A stretch of 40,193 nt of DNA from a virus (lineage: Duplodnaviria > Heunggongvirae > Uroviricota > Caudoviricetes). Position 1 is the first letter of the stretch; every line of letters begins with the position of its first letter. A model generated the notes under the pieces. That model made no database searches. It had not been told where the DNA came from and was given only the letters and a program-made list of their open reading frames with translations. Positions 7,743 to 18,115 of the stretch are shown here, piece by piece. The translations under genes and the position numbers were made by a program. Location: the IMG/VR virus record IMGVR_UViG_2671180415_000005; one strand, given 5' to 3'.

Positions 7743-8815
7743 GTGATTTCTCCTACCGTCAGCAGCTCACTGTCTCCCGCCTGAACTGACGTCAGCGGAC
7801 TGCGCACTTCAAAATCCTCCAGATTTTTCACCCCTGCCACCGCCCGCCAGAAAGACGACGGCAGAACCAGACCGCCGGGCCGGGATTCGTTATACAACAG
7901 GTCGGTCAGCGCCTGTTTTACGGCCGCCTGATTCTCCGGTGTTTTCGGGATGATCCTGATGCTGAAGGGCACCGGCTTATTGGTCAGTTTAAACACGGTC
8001 ACCGTCGGCCCCAGAGGCTGTCCGACAGGCTGGCCGGTCGCCGGATCATCATGACTGCGGATATAATCCGCCACCCGCTGAACATCACCGTCACCGGGGA
8101 AAATATCCGGGTTATTATCCTGAACAAACGTTACCCCCACGCTGCCCGCCTGCGGCCATTCCGGGCGGCACCATGCCCGCGTCACGCCCGGCACTTCACG
8201 CGCCCAGCGTTCAAAATCATACTGCGTGCCGCCGGACGGTGGATTCTGCACCCGGAAAACCAGACGGGAAAGCAGCTCCGGCACGGTTTCCACATCCGCA
8301 CCACCGGTGATCCCCGTTCCGGTCACCGTGGCCGTCTGGTTGATCCCCGCCTGCGGTGTGATAAATGTCAGTTTTGTCCCTGCCGGGGCATTCCCCGCAC
8401 GACCGGCACTTTCGGCTTCCACACTGACATTCAGCGTACCGGCCTTACCGGTCAGGGAGGTGGTGATACGGTAAACCACGCCATCACTTCGCTGGAGAAG
8501 CACACCTTCCTTGATCCCCGCATCCGTGGTCAGCATCAGCTGAACCGGCCCGTCCCCCCGAGAGGCAGGCTTACGCATGACGCCCCAGAATGCACAGTGT
8601 TTCAGCAGTTCGGCTTCATCGGCTTCGGTCGGGATGATCTGACGCGCAATCCAGGCCAGATGCTCATGCTCCTGAGCAGATAACCCTGCCTGAGCGTAAG
8701 CAATGGCATTCAGGGTGGTTTCATTCACACCCGGCTGCGAGCCGGGCAGGCGCTGGCTGATATCCTGCTGTGTCTGCGTGATTAACTGTGCCAGCGGTAA
8801 AGGCTGATAAGGCAT
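7733..8815 (-). CDS. Baseplate J-like protein (Mu gp47 / W-like)
   Basis: 360 aa, position and size as Mu gp47; translationally coupled neighbours. Confidence 0.7.
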   Translation of the reverse strand: MPYQPLPLAQLITQTQQDISQRLPGSQPGVNETTLNAIAYAQAGLSAQEHEHLAWIARQIIPTEADEAELLKHCAFWGVMRKPASRGDGPVQLMLTTDAGIKEGVLLQRSDGVVYRITTSLTGKAGTLNVSVEAESAGRAGNAPAGTKLTFITPQAGINQTATVTGTGITGGADVETVPELLSRLVFRVQNPPSGGTQYDFERWAREVPGVTRAWCRPEWPQAGSVGVTFVQDNNPDIFPGDGDVQRVADYIRSHDDPATGQPVGQPLGPTVTVFKLTNKPVPFSIRIIPKTPENQAAVKQALTDLLYNESRPGGLVLPSSFWRAVAGVKNLEDFEVRSPLTSVQAGDSELLTVGEITWL

Positions 8816-9252
8816 TACTCCCCCTTAAGATCAGCATAAAAAATCATGGGCCTCACTGAACCATCAGGCAGGGTTATGCGCACCGAAAGCGCCAGCCGCG
8901 CGTGTCCCACACGTTCTGCATGACAGACCACGGATGACGCCACGCCATCCTGACTGAGCCAGCCCAGCGCCTCATCCGCGTAAGCACGGGCACGGCTTAT
9001 CACCGAGGCCAGCGTTTTTTCCCGGCTGAGAAGCCACAGACGGGAGCCAATGGGGCGCGGGCGAAAACTGTCTCCCCACCATCCCCGGCGGTCGCGCGTA
9101 CCGTCAGGGATTTCATCCGATGCCAGCGCCCGGCGGTCAGTAAACAGCGAAATCAGAACGGCCGTCAGCAGACTGTCATCCGTCAGCAAGTCGGCACCGT
9201 TCAGTTGCAGCGAACCGCACCCCTGATCCCATACAATTGCAATATCAGCCAT
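8815..9252 (-). CDS. Baseplate protein (Mu gp46-like); start taken at internal Met
   Basis: ORF frame open to 9396 but internal MADIAIVWD start at 9252 overlaps upstream gene end by 8 bp, typical coupling. Confidence 0.6.
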   Translation of the reverse strand: MADIAIVWDQGCGSLQLNGADLLTDDSLLTAVLISLFTDRRALASDEIPDGTRDRRGWWGDSFRPRPIGSRLWLLSREKTLASVISRARAYADEALGWLSQDGVASSVVCHAERVGHARLALSVRITLPDGSVRPMIFYADLKGE

Positions 9253-9859
9253 TCTCCGGCGCTCCTGTCTTACTGCCTTTGCCGTTATCCTGATGCACAT
9301 GGCCGGAATAGGTGATCCCGGCAATAACGGCATCAGACATCGTGAACAGCCCGTCTGATTTACCTGTACCATCAAGCACGAAATTACCCTTAACATGCAG
9401 GTTTTTATCCACCGTCACATTGCCCGTAAAGGTGGCCTCCGGCGTATCCACCCGCATCCCCTCATCGGCGTAAATCTCCAGCATTTTGCATGTCACAATA
9501 ATGCGACCATCCTTTGTTAACCGTATCCGGTGCCCCTCATGGTGATACACCCCCGTATCTCCGGCTGTGAGTCCGGTCGGGCGGCTGCGCCGGTCTTCCA
9601 CCACAAGCACCACAGTCTGATCCCGCTGTCCGCCCAGACAGGCAAAAAAGGTTTCCGCACCCGGCAGGGGAACGCTGATCTGCCCGTACTGCTGGGGACG
9701 CTCCACATCATCAAAGGTTTCGCCGTCCATGCCGGTGAGCTGCACATTCTGCATTTTCAGTTCGTCATGTGTGCCGGTCAGAACGCCCCGGCCAAACAAC
9801 AGGCGAATACCGCGCGTTACCGGGGCAATCAGGCGGCTGAACACTTCATCATTCATCAA
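9245..9859 (-). CDS. Baseplate assembly / spike protein (Mu gp45-like, gpV-like)
   Basis: 204 aa, synteny between P-like and gp46-like genes. Confidence 0.65.
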   Translation of the reverse strand: MMNDEVFSRLIAPVTRGIRLLFGRGVLTGTHDELKMQNVQLTGMDGETFDDVERPQQYGQISVPLPGAETFFACLGGQRDQTVVLVVEDRRSRPTGLTAGDTGVYHHEGHRIRLTKDGRIIVTCKMLEIYADEGMRVDTPEATFTGNVTVDKNLHVKGNFVLDGTGKSDGLFTMSDAVIAGITYSGHVHQDNGKGSKTGAPENG

Positions 9860-10973
9860 AGCTGATCCCCTGTTTTTTCATCTGCTGGCGAATAAAGGCA
9901 TCAACATCGTCACCGGAACCACCCCGGCCCTTACTGTCCGGCTCTGCCGGAACGATAAAGCCGTCACGCGGTGCCAGTACCAGCCGGGTGACTTCCCCGT
10001 TATGTTCATCAAGTAAAAACTCCACCTGACAGACCAGCAGTTCAGTCTGTTCTATACCGAAACGCAGGGCTGAAACACCGGTCAGCAGATTGACATCCCA
10101 TAACCGGCCATCATCCCGGAACCAGCCACGCACGGTGGCAGAAAACCGTTCTGAACGGGCAATCGCACGGCGCATTTCACGCAGGGCACGCTGCCGTGCA
10201 CCGGTGGTGTCTGTCTGTTGATCGGCGAGGATGATTTTCGACCGGTAGCGGCCGATCTGCTCATCACTGATGACGCCCACAGGTGCTGCCAGACGGGCGG
10301 CGGATTCGCTGTCTCCCCGTTTGCCACCACCGCGCCCGTGTCCCCGGACACGGTATTCGCTGTATCGTCCTCGCCAGTCCGTGTTGTAATCGGCATCAAG
10401 CAGGTTATCTCCCAGCACCAGTCTGTCCGTCTGCTGGCTTCCTGCCTGGGTGAACACCAGATCGCCGTCAGCATTACTGGTCACCAGCACCCCGCGATGC
10501 CGGGCAGCACGGGTCAGCGCATCCGCCACGGTTTCTGAGTTTTCCAGCGTAAAAGAGCTGAAGGGGCGTGCAGCCGTGTCGTCGTTAACCTGCCAGCGCA
10601 CGGCTATCCCGAAGGGCGCACATAAATCTGCGGCAATCTGTGCCAGCGTCCGGTTGCGCCACTGGCTGCCGGGATGGATGGCGGCACAGTCCACCAGGTC
10701 GCCGGTTTTATCCCGACCGCTGATGCTGATCTGATGACGGGTTGCACTGATCCGCTGACTGACCTGATCCAGCCAGCCACTGATGACCGTCTGCCCGTTA
10801 ATTCTGAGCGTCAGGGACTGACCGGTTCGCAGGGCTGAGGGGATGCGCTCACCGGGCAGCATCAGCCCCAGTTCAAACGACCCGGCCAGATGCTCCAGCG
10901 AGCGACGGACGCTGACCGTCAGCCAGCCGGAAAAAATACTGCCACCGATATACAGTTCAATCCTGCTGCTCAC
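9849..10973 (-). CDS. Tail protein P-like (Mu gp44 / late control D family)
   Basis: 374 aa, synteny after N-like gene. Confidence 0.65.
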   Translation of the reverse strand: MSSRIELYIGGSIFSGWLTVSVRRSLEHLAGSFELGLMLPGERIPSALRTGQSLTLRINGQTVISGWLDQVSQRISATRHQISISGRDKTGDLVDCAAIHPGSQWRNRTLAQIAADLCAPFGIAVRWQVNDDTAARPFSSFTLENSETVADALTRAARHRGVLVTSNADGDLVFTQAGSQQTDRLVLGDNLLDADYNTDWRGRYSEYRVRGHGRGGGKRGDSESAARLAAPVGVISDEQIGRYRSKIILADQQTDTTGARQRALREMRRAIARSERFSATVRGWFRDDGRLWDVNLLTGVSALRFGIEQTELLVCQVEFLLDEHNGEVTRLVLAPRDGFIVPAEPDSKGRGGSGDDVDAFIRQQMKKQGISFDE

Positions 10974-12315
10974 TGATCACCTCCACGCTGCGGCCACCCG
11001 GAACAAAAACCGGATCGGGGATATTGTTTCTGCGGACAAAATACTGCCAGCGACTGCTGTTGCCGGTGGCACGGTACAGCGTGACCAGTGCCGGTTCGGT
11101 GGTGCGAACCATGACCTGAAAAGCACCGGGAAGATGCACGCTCCGTGTGGTTAAATCTTCTGTCAGCGCAAGCCCTGCATCACGTAATGCAAGGGCAGTC
11201 CCGGTATAGCCCTGTGCGGACAGATCCAGCACCTGTTGTTCCATGGCATCGCTCAAATCCCGGTTGATACGCTGCACATCAGCAGAACTTTCCAGCCAGG
11301 CCAGTCCGCCCGAACGGTCAGTATCCTGAACGTGCGTCGTATTCTGCCGGATGACCTGATCCAGCAGTTTTCCGAGCGTCTGTGCCTGCGACACCAGGGT
11401 TGCACTCTGCATCACGCTCCGCAGCAGACGGATATTTTTCTGTGCCGCAGGCGTCAGGCCAATCAGGCGCTGTGGATCATCCTGTTCGCTGAGGGTGTAA
11501 CGCAGGGAGGAAAGTGTGCGGTACAGCTGCGGCATGGCCTGCTCTGCCATGCTGTCACGGTTTGTGGTCAGGCTGCCGGACGGCGTTCCGGCTTTTCCGG
11601 TCAGAGACAGGGAAGGATCGCCGGGCAGCCCGGTCAGCACGGCAAACATTCCGGCCAGCGATTCAGCCATGCGACGGGGCGCATTAATCAGGGCGGCGGC
11701 ATTGCCTTTCAGGGCAGTAAAACTGGCCGTAAAGGCACTGATATCCTGCACAATCCCCATCCCCGAAACGGCATTCTCCAGTGCATCAATCTTATCGCTG
11801 ATGGTGTCGGTCATGGCCTGTACATCATGCAGACCGTCTGAAATCACCGTCCAGCCGTCTGAAAGCGTGTTAAACAGCTGATTCATTGCTGAGCCGCTTT
11901 TCTGCTCCAGCGCAGCTGCCGTATCTTCTGCCACCGCAGGGGCGGTATCGTCACTGGCGGGGATCACGTTGATCGTGAACTCAACCGTTCCCTGCTCGCT
12001 GGCGTTATAACGGCTTTCAAAGCTGTTTATCAGCACGTTTAACGTGCCGTAATCCGGGTGCATCAGTTCACCGGCACCGGGTGCACGCAGCGCATCACGC
12101 AGGCGGCTTCGCTGTGTCTGAAGATCGTCTCCGGTCACCAGAACCGTGAATGTGAACTCCGGGAGTTTTGGCCCCAGATCATCCGCACCGCCGCTTTCAC
12201 GCAGTGGGTATTCACGGCGCACAATGTTACGTCCGCCCCGTTCCCGCTGCTCCTGATAAACCAGGAACGGTACGCCACGAAAGGAGCCACGCCCCGGCGT
12301 GTCAGTAGAGGCCAT
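10957..12315 (-). CDS. DNA circularisation protein N-like (Mu gp43)
   Basis: 452 aa directly downstream of tape measure gene, Mu N position. Confidence 0.65.
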   Translation of the reverse strand: MASTDTPGRGSFRGVPFLVYQEQRERGGRNIVRREYPLRESGGADDLGPKLPEFTFTVLVTGDDLQTQRSRLRDALRAPGAGELMHPDYGTLNVLINSFESRYNASEQGTVEFTINVIPASDDTAPAVAEDTAAALEQKSGSAMNQLFNTLSDGWTVISDGLHDVQAMTDTISDKIDALENAVSGMGIVQDISAFTASFTALKGNAAALINAPRRMAESLAGMFAVLTGLPGDPSLSLTGKAGTPSGSLTTNRDSMAEQAMPQLYRTLSSLRYTLSEQDDPQRLIGLTPAAQKNIRLLRSVMQSATLVSQAQTLGKLLDQVIRQNTTHVQDTDRSGGLAWLESSADVQRINRDLSDAMEQQVLDLSAQGYTGTALALRDAGLALTEDLTTRSVHLPGAFQVMVRTTEPALVTLYRATGNSSRWQYFVRRNNIPDPVFVPGGRSVEVISEQQD

Positions 12316-14359
12316 AGTTCCCTCCGTTCCAGACGTTCACATCCAGGCCATGCTGTGCGGTATCATCCACATCAATACTGCGCGCCCGCCAGCCTTCAGG
12401 GGCAACAAGCTCCACCCGTGCGGCGGTTTTCGCGGTGGCCTGTCCGCCGTTTTCGTCACTGCCGCCACGCAGTTTCTGCCAGGCCTGCGTCAGCCAGCCC
12501 CCCAGATAATCACCGAGATAGCTGCCCACCGTGGAACCAATGGCAACCCCGACCGGACCGGCAGCCGCCCCCAGCGCGCCACCGGCGATACTTCCGGCAA
12601 GGGAACCCACGGCACCGGCTTTATCGGCTGCACTGGCGCTGCTGTCCAGCAGTACAGGAGCCGCCATGGCACCGGCCCACAGGGCACCACCACCCAGCCG
12701 ACCGGCACCACGGAACAGCCCGGCAAAACGCCCCAGCCCCATGCGGTTTCCGGCCGCCGTTAGCAGACCACCGGCACGGCTCATCATACGACCGAAGAAG
12801 CCCTGTTTACCGGCACTCTCCGCCAGTTGCTCACCGGCAGTCACGACGGTCGTGACACCCCGTCCACGTCCGGGGCCGCGTTTTTTACGGCCGCGCACGG
12901 TTTTGCCGTCACCGCTGACCACCACATCCCCGCCACCTGAGGCCAGGCCACCCGCAGGCCAATTGGTGACCAGCACGGGCTGAACGGCAGCCGGATTTAC
13001 CCCGGTAAGGAAATTCAGGAACCGGCCAGCGCGTCCGGGCTGCGTTCCCGGTACAGTGGTCTGCGGTTTGCGGAAGGGCGACGTCAGCACGGAGGTCATC
13101 GCCATGCCATAGCGTAAGGGGGTTGCGCCGAGACGTAATGCCCCCGTCCCCGCAAACCTGAGCACCTTCAGCGCACGGGAGGCGAGATACATATACATCA
13201 GGTACTTTGCGGCGGTCTGCGCACCCTGACCAATGCGATCCAGCGCATCGCCATAACCGGCGTCGCGCAGTGCCTGAAGCGTTTCCCTGACTTTCTGAAT
13301 GACCCGGTAAAAGCCGGTCGCAGCGTCTCTGGCATACTCAAATCCCTGATTCAGGGCTGAGGCCGTCTGTGTGGCCAGCTTATCCTGTAAGCCGCTTTTC
13401 TGTGCCGCATCAGCATAATCCAGAAAGCCTTTCAGGCTCTTTTTCAGGCTGTCAAACGGTCCCTTTGCCATCACCTCGCGGGCAAATCCGTCCCAGACAT
13501 CGCCCATCATGGACGTCATTCCCGTCCAGGAATTCATGGCGTTTTTCTGGGCACCTTTTGCCTGTTCGGCCATCACCTGAAATAACAGGCGAATGCTGTC
13601 CGGTCCCAGTTTTCCTTTCTCGCCTTTCTCACGGATGATCTTCTGGTTTACACCCAGCTTATCGGCCAGCAACTGGTAAACGTTAATCCCGTATCCGGTC
13701 AGAATATTGGCGTCCGCTGCCTGGATACTCTGGCGGGCAAACATCTGTTTGAGTTGCAGGGACGCACCCTGTGCATCTGACAGTGACCAGCCGTGATAGC
13801 CGCCCTGATCCTGAAGCATGGTAATAAAGCGACGGGCTTCCCTGTCACTCATACCGAACCCGCGACTGGAGGCGTATTCCTGCATAACCCCCGCCAGCCC
13901 CCAGGTGGTGTCTTTGGCGTTCTGTACCGCCCAGGCTTTCACTGCTTCCGTTTTTGCCGTATCGCCATGATTAATGGCGTTGAGACGCAGAATATAGTTC
14001 TCCATCTCTGCGGCCGGGCGGATAAAGGCTTTATTAAACCCGTAGACCGCAGCCCCTCCCGCCAGCATCCCGTAAAGGTTGCTTATCCGCCCGATGGTGC
14101 CGGTAATGCTGCCCTGAAGGCGGTCAAAATCTGACGTCACCGTGCGGATACTGCCACGAACACCGGCAAGCGTTCGCTGCATACGGGAGCCGACAAGTTC
14201 TGTCTCCTGACCGGCACGACGTGCTGCATTTCCAAGACCACCCAGCCCCGTCCTGCCGGAACGGGAGAATGCCCCCAGCTCCTGTGACCACTGGCGGGAT
14301 TTGGCAGAAATATTGCCGAGTAAATCGACAATCAGGGAGGCTTTCAGGTTTTTTGCCAT
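12302..14359 (-). CDS. Tail tape measure protein
   Basis: 685 aa, Gly/Ala-rich repetitive C-terminal half, located after tail tube and chaperone genes. Confidence 0.85.
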   Translation of the reverse strand: MAKNLKASLIVDLLGNISAKSRQWSQELGAFSRSGRTGLGGLGNAARRAGQETELVGSRMQRTLAGVRGSIRTVTSDFDRLQGSITGTIGRISNLYGMLAGGAAVYGFNKAFIRPAAEMENYILRLNAINHGDTAKTEAVKAWAVQNAKDTTWGLAGVMQEYASSRGFGMSDREARRFITMLQDQGGYHGWSLSDAQGASLQLKQMFARQSIQAADANILTGYGINVYQLLADKLGVNQKIIREKGEKGKLGPDSIRLLFQVMAEQAKGAQKNAMNSWTGMTSMMGDVWDGFAREVMAKGPFDSLKKSLKGFLDYADAAQKSGLQDKLATQTASALNQGFEYARDAATGFYRVIQKVRETLQALRDAGYGDALDRIGQGAQTAAKYLMYMYLASRALKVLRFAGTGALRLGATPLRYGMAMTSVLTSPFRKPQTTVPGTQPGRAGRFLNFLTGVNPAAVQPVLVTNWPAGGLASGGGDVVVSGDGKTVRGRKKRGPGRGRGVTTVVTAGEQLAESAGKQGFFGRMMSRAGGLLTAAGNRMGLGRFAGLFRGAGRLGGGALWAGAMAAPVLLDSSASAADKAGAVGSLAGSIAGGALGAAAGPVGVAIGSTVGSYLGDYLGGWLTQAWQKLRGGSDENGGQATAKTAARVELVAPEGWRARSIDVDDTAQHGLDVNVWNGGNYGLY

Positions 14360-14362
14360 GGG

Positions 14363-14557
14363 TTACTGCTTCGTTCTGAGAATTTTTTCGGTCTGTCGGC
14401 AGTGCCGGTAAAGCTGCGATAAGGGGAGGTTAAGCGCCCACTCCGGGCCGCTTTTTGTCACCATCCCCAGCACAATTGCGGCTTCTTCAATCTGATCCCG
14501 GCACTGCATCTGGTCGCCCCCGTTCAGCGACCAGCTTTCCGGCCATCGCGGAATCAA
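14363..14557 (-). CDS. Overlapping ORF downstream of tail assembly chaperone (possible frameshift extension or separate small gene)
   Basis: Overlaps 14487..14557 of chaperone ORF in a different frame, position analogous to G/GT-type chaperone pairs. Confidence 0.35.
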   Translation of the reverse strand: MIPRWPESWSLNGGDQMQCRDQIEEAAIVLGMVTKSGPEWALNLPLSQLYRHCRQTEKILRTKQ

Positions 14558-14963
14558 GCAGGCTTACTGCCGCCATCAGTCGGGAGAGATCGCGCTCGCT
14601 GAGCTGTCCTATCTGACGCGGAGACAATGGCCCCTCAATCTGGCCGACAGCGGCAATCTGACGGCGCAGCAGCGCAATGCCGCGCAGTGCCGGTGAGGCC
14701 ACAAGAACCGGACCGTTTCGGGTTTCCATAAGACGCTCGGCCTCGCTCTCCGCATCAATGCTGTCTTTTGCCGTCAGTTCGCGGAAGGTGACGCGGTATT
14801 CACGGGATTCCCCGAACGGCAGACCGTCGAGCAGATCCACATAGCCGTTCGCCAGTTGTTCAGCCAGCCCGGCGGTGCGGGGATCGCCGTCTTCAAGTGC
14901 ATCCCGGATAGCCTCCATCACGGCCTCGTCAGAAACCGCCGTTTTTTTCTTACGTGTGCTCAT
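14487..14963 (-). CDS. Tail assembly chaperone (Mu gp41-like)
   Basis: 158 aa between tail tube and tape measure genes. Confidence 0.6.
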   Translation of the reverse strand: MSTRKKKTAVSDEAVMEAIRDALEDGDPRTAGLAEQLANGYVDLLDGLPFGESREYRVTFRELTAKDSIDAESEAERLMETRNGPVLVASPALRGIALLRRQIAAVGQIEGPLSPRQIGQLSERDLSRLMAAVSLLDSAMAGKLVAERGRPDAVPGSD

Positions 14964-14977
14964 TACATTTTTCCTGA

Positions 14978-15343
14978 TTACTGGACACGGGTACTGGTGG
15001 CGCTGGCGAACTTCGCGGAGATATCACCACCACCGTCAAGCGAGGCCGGTTCACTGCTCCAGGCCTTCGTCATCATGTGGACTTCACCGGTATCGGCCAC
15101 GAACTCAATCGTGACCGCAGTCCAGGTGTTGATTTCATCGGCAGCCGGTGAACCTTCTCCGCCCGCCGGGAATTTACAGTCCAGCGTCGCCTCACGGGGT
15201 TTCTCGCGATAGCCGTAAACTTTCGCGCCTTTCACCACTTCACGCTCAAAGCCGGACGGGGAGAACGTGGCCCCCTCAAGGGTGTCGTACTCCTGCCCGT
15301 TCACACGGATGGTGGCCGTGCCCTGATACTGTTTTCCGCTCAT
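14978..15343 (-). CDS. Tail tube protein (Mu M-like)
   Basis: 121 aa directly after sheath gene. Confidence 0.75.
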   Translation of the reverse strand: MSGKQYQGTATIRVNGQEYDTLEGATFSPSGFEREVVKGAKVYGYREKPREATLDCKFPAGGEGSPAADEINTWTAVTIEFVADTGEVHMMTKAWSSEPASLDGGGDISAKFASATSTRVQ

Positions 15344-15351
15344 GCCTTACC

Positions 15352-16854
15352 TCACAAAATGAAACGGATCTGCGCGGCCATGAAGCGGAACTGGTTAACC
15401 AGATCCGGTGTACACATCACATCCAGACGGTTACGGTCTTTTGTGTTGCGCTCCACGAGCAGATTCTTTTTAAAGGTGTCCAGATTTTCGACCAGTCCCA
15501 GATCCACCCATTCTTCCCCCAGCGAAATTAACTGAAGTTTCATGATCTCCGGTGTCACGATATTCTGACCGGCACGAACGGGCGTCCCGTCATCAGCCAG
15601 TTTATGGCGCGGAAAACGCTGCGTGATAAAGGTGCGCAGGGAATAACGCAGATATGACAGGGTGTAGATGGTTTCCACATCCAGATAGCTGGGATCGATT
15701 TCGCCGTATGCATTCTGACGGTACATCGTCACCTGACGTTCAATCTGCACCACATCCGCGGCCGCGACGGTCACCGTGGACATGCCGGTATAAAGCAGGC
15801 TGTTTCGCTCTTCCCGCGTCAGACGATCCGGTGCTTCAGGTGCCATACGGGCAGGCAGCGCCAGTGTCTGTAATGGTCGGGCCGGATCCGTTGACAGGGA
15901 GGGCGCACAGACCGCACAAATGGAGGCAGCCCAGACATAATCCGGCTCTGGTGCTTTAGGAATAGAAGTGCAGGTAAACAGGAAGTCATTACGGGATTCA
16001 CCAAAACTGGTTGCCGTACCGAAGGTGCCGGTATGCGCCATCCAGACCATACCGTCCGACATTTTTACCGGTCCCCAGCGTTTCAGCAGTTCATCCGCCA
16101 GAATTTTGAGATTTGCCGCATCCTTATAGGGCATGACGATGTAGTTGTACTGACGATTCCCCATCCCTGAGACGCTACGGGTGATATCGGGGTTTGTTGC
16201 CTTCTGTGTTGGCGCGACGAGCTCCAGCGTAAGACCGGCCGGTGTAGTTTCACCGTCATAATAGTTCACCCGTAAATCATGAGCTGAGCATTCACCGATA
16301 AAGCGGGCGTTAACCCCCATGCTGCCTTTAAGTCCTTCAGCATTATCACCACTGACTTCAGCTGCGATAGCAGTGAATGGCGCATCAGTGTCAGCGTTAA
16401 TGACCTTAGCCAGCTCTGCCACAAGCTCTTTACCTTTTTTCCCCTTACTGACGGGCAGGAGGTAACGGCGACCGCCGATGTAAACACTTAACACCCCGTC
16501 TGCCAATGCTGTTCCAATGATATTCATCACGCATGCCCTGGACTGACCTGTTCCAGCCCCCTGTGCAATGGCATATAACTCTGTGTCAGGGTTAATGGCG
16601 ATAAATTCCTCTACCATCAGTGCAATCATGGAACCTCGCCCCCAGAGTTCTCTTGCTTGTGAAGCTCGGGTAATACGTACTGGTACATCAAGCTGACCGC
16701 GCCCCTGAATGGTAGTGTCTTTCATTGCAGCCTGACCAAACAACAGTACCGCCTGACGCTGTGGTGGAGTGCCGGTCACGGCCATTGAATTATTGATTTC
16801 AATCTGTACCAGCGGAATGCGATTGTTATCGCCGATATAATCAAAGTTAATCAT
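15352..16854 (-). CDS. Contractile tail sheath protein (Mu L-like)
   Basis: 500 aa, position and size of Mu L. Confidence 0.85.
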   Translation of the reverse strand: MINFDYIGDNNRIPLVQIEINNSMAVTGTPPQRQAVLLFGQAAMKDTTIQGRGQLDVPVRITRASQARELWGRGSMIALMVEEFIAINPDTELYAIAQGAGTGQSRACVMNIIGTALADGVLSVYIGGRRYLLPVSKGKKGKELVAELAKVINADTDAPFTAIAAEVSGDNAEGLKGSMGVNARFIGECSAHDLRVNYYDGETTPAGLTLELVAPTQKATNPDITRSVSGMGNRQYNYIVMPYKDAANLKILADELLKRWGPVKMSDGMVWMAHTGTFGTATSFGESRNDFLFTCTSIPKAPEPDYVWAASICAVCAPSLSTDPARPLQTLALPARMAPEAPDRLTREERNSLLYTGMSTVTVAAADVVQIERQVTMYRQNAYGEIDPSYLDVETIYTLSYLRYSLRTFITQRFPRHKLADDGTPVRAGQNIVTPEIMKLQLISLGEEWVDLGLVENLDTFKKNLLVERNTKDRNRLDVMCTPDLVNQFRFMAAQIRFIL

Positions 16855-17132
16855 CAGGACGTCCCCTTATCTGATGCTGCGGTTTTTTCAGCCACCGCCG
16901 CAGTTTTTTCTGCTACCGCTCCCGCTGGTTTTGCCGCCGCGCCGGTATTAGCAGTTGTGGCAGCCGGGGCAGGCTCCGCCGTTTTATCCACCACAATGAC
17001 GTCGCCATCATTAAGACGGCGGCACCAGAACGGAGTGAAGGGTTTCTCTTCCCCGTCCTGAGAGAGCGGAGTCATCGTGTCGGGATCGCGGATCAGGCAT
17101 CCCGGCGCAGGTTTAATAAAAATGGTTGTCAT
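16854..17132 (-). CDS. Hypothetical virion protein (Mu gp38-like), Ala/Pro-rich C-terminus
   Basis: 92 aa, synteny. Confidence 0.5.
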   Translation of the reverse strand: MTTIFIKPAPGCLIRDPDTMTPLSQDGEEKPFTPFWCRRLNDGDVIVVDKTAEPAPAATTANTGAAAKPAGAVAEKTAAVAEKTAASDKGTS

Positions 17133-17135
17133 CTG

Positions 17136-17699
17136 TTATTCCTCTGACAGTCCGGCGTTTTCACCGGCGGCAGTTGCACCAGGCAGACGGATGTGTGCCT
17201 TAAATTCCGGCGTGCCTTCCGGTTCGGTAAAGGTTTCGTAATGGCGCAGGAAATCATCCAGCGAGCTGATATCCGTCAGCGGGTCGATCATTTCCTCGCA
17301 TGAGAAATACAGGGCGTACATCACGGCACCGCTGCCTGCCTGCGTTTCGGTGTAACCGTTGACCGCCTTTTCAAAGTAAAGCGGTGAGGTTTTTTCTGCT
17401 CTGAAGCCGTCCAGCACGGTAATCAGGCGGGCCACAATCTGATAAAGCCCGGGACGGCTGACCTCACGGCCATTGAGCATGTCGCCGATGACGTAGAACA
17501 CCCAGTGACTGACCAGACGCCCACGGGTACGCCCTTCACCGGCACCCAGCCAGGCAACATAGATAGCCGGGGCGTTAATCAGCATGGTGCGCAGTACGCT
17601 GTCGCTCCAGTCGCCGGGATGTGTGTCAACAGACACCAGTTCATTCCCGAAATACTCACGGATACGGGCGATGTACGCCTGCTCGGTTTCCGTAATCAT
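17136..17699 (-). CDS. Head-tail connector region protein (Mu gp37-like)
   Basis: 187 aa, synteny. Confidence 0.5.
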   Translation of the reverse strand: MITETEQAYIARIREYFGNELVSVDTHPGDWSDSVLRTMLINAPAIYVAWLGAGEGRTRGRLVSHWVFYVIGDMLNGREVSRPGLYQIVARLITVLDGFRAEKTSPLYFEKAVNGYTETQAGSGAVMYALYFSCEEMIDPLTDISSLDDFLRHYETFTEPEGTPEFKAHIRLPGATAAGENAGLSEE

Positions 17700-18115
17700 A
17701 TAAAGCCCTTCTGGTTGCGCCCGAACACCGCCGCATCAGACTGCACCTGCGGTAAATCCCCGGATTCAGGGGCCGCACCGTCTGTATCCACGCCGACCGG
17801 CACGTTACCGTTCATGACATCTTTCAGCCAGGCCAGCGCCTCACGGTAACGGTCACGCGCCTGATCGGATGCCCGCTGATCGCACAGGTAATAAAAGGCA
17901 ATCGTGCAGCAATGCTGAACAAGGACCGCCGGAACCACCGCCAGCGGCAGCGTGTAACGGGAAGACAGATAGCTGTCGATAAGGGCAGACGCGTCCGTCA
18001 GTGCCCGGTTCAGCTTGCGCGTGTCCGGTTCATCCGAACGGGGCACGGCCAGTAATGGCCTGAGCAAATCCTCGCGGTAACGTGCCCGCATATCGGTTTC
18101 GGTGGCGTAATTCAT
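17696..18115 (-). CDS. Head completion protein (Mu gp36-like)
   Basis: 139 aa, synteny, overlapping stop/start. Confidence 0.5.
   Translation of the reverse strand: MNYATETDMRARYREDLLRPLLAVPRSDEPDTRKLNRALTDASALIDSYLSSRYTLPLAVVPAVLVQHCCTIAFYYLCDQRASDQARDRYREALAWLKDVMNGNVPVGVDTDGAAPESGDLPQVQSDAAVFGRNQKGFI

Noticed and set aside
12058-12855. Long plus-strand ORFs inside the tail and head genes (for example 12058..12855, 11236..11841, 8051..8683, 19465..20028, 26136..26867, 35558..36115)
   Set aside because: They lie antisense to well-supported, syntenic structural or transposase genes in GC-rich DNA and have low-complexity Arg/Pro/Ser-rich translations; typical shadow ORFs
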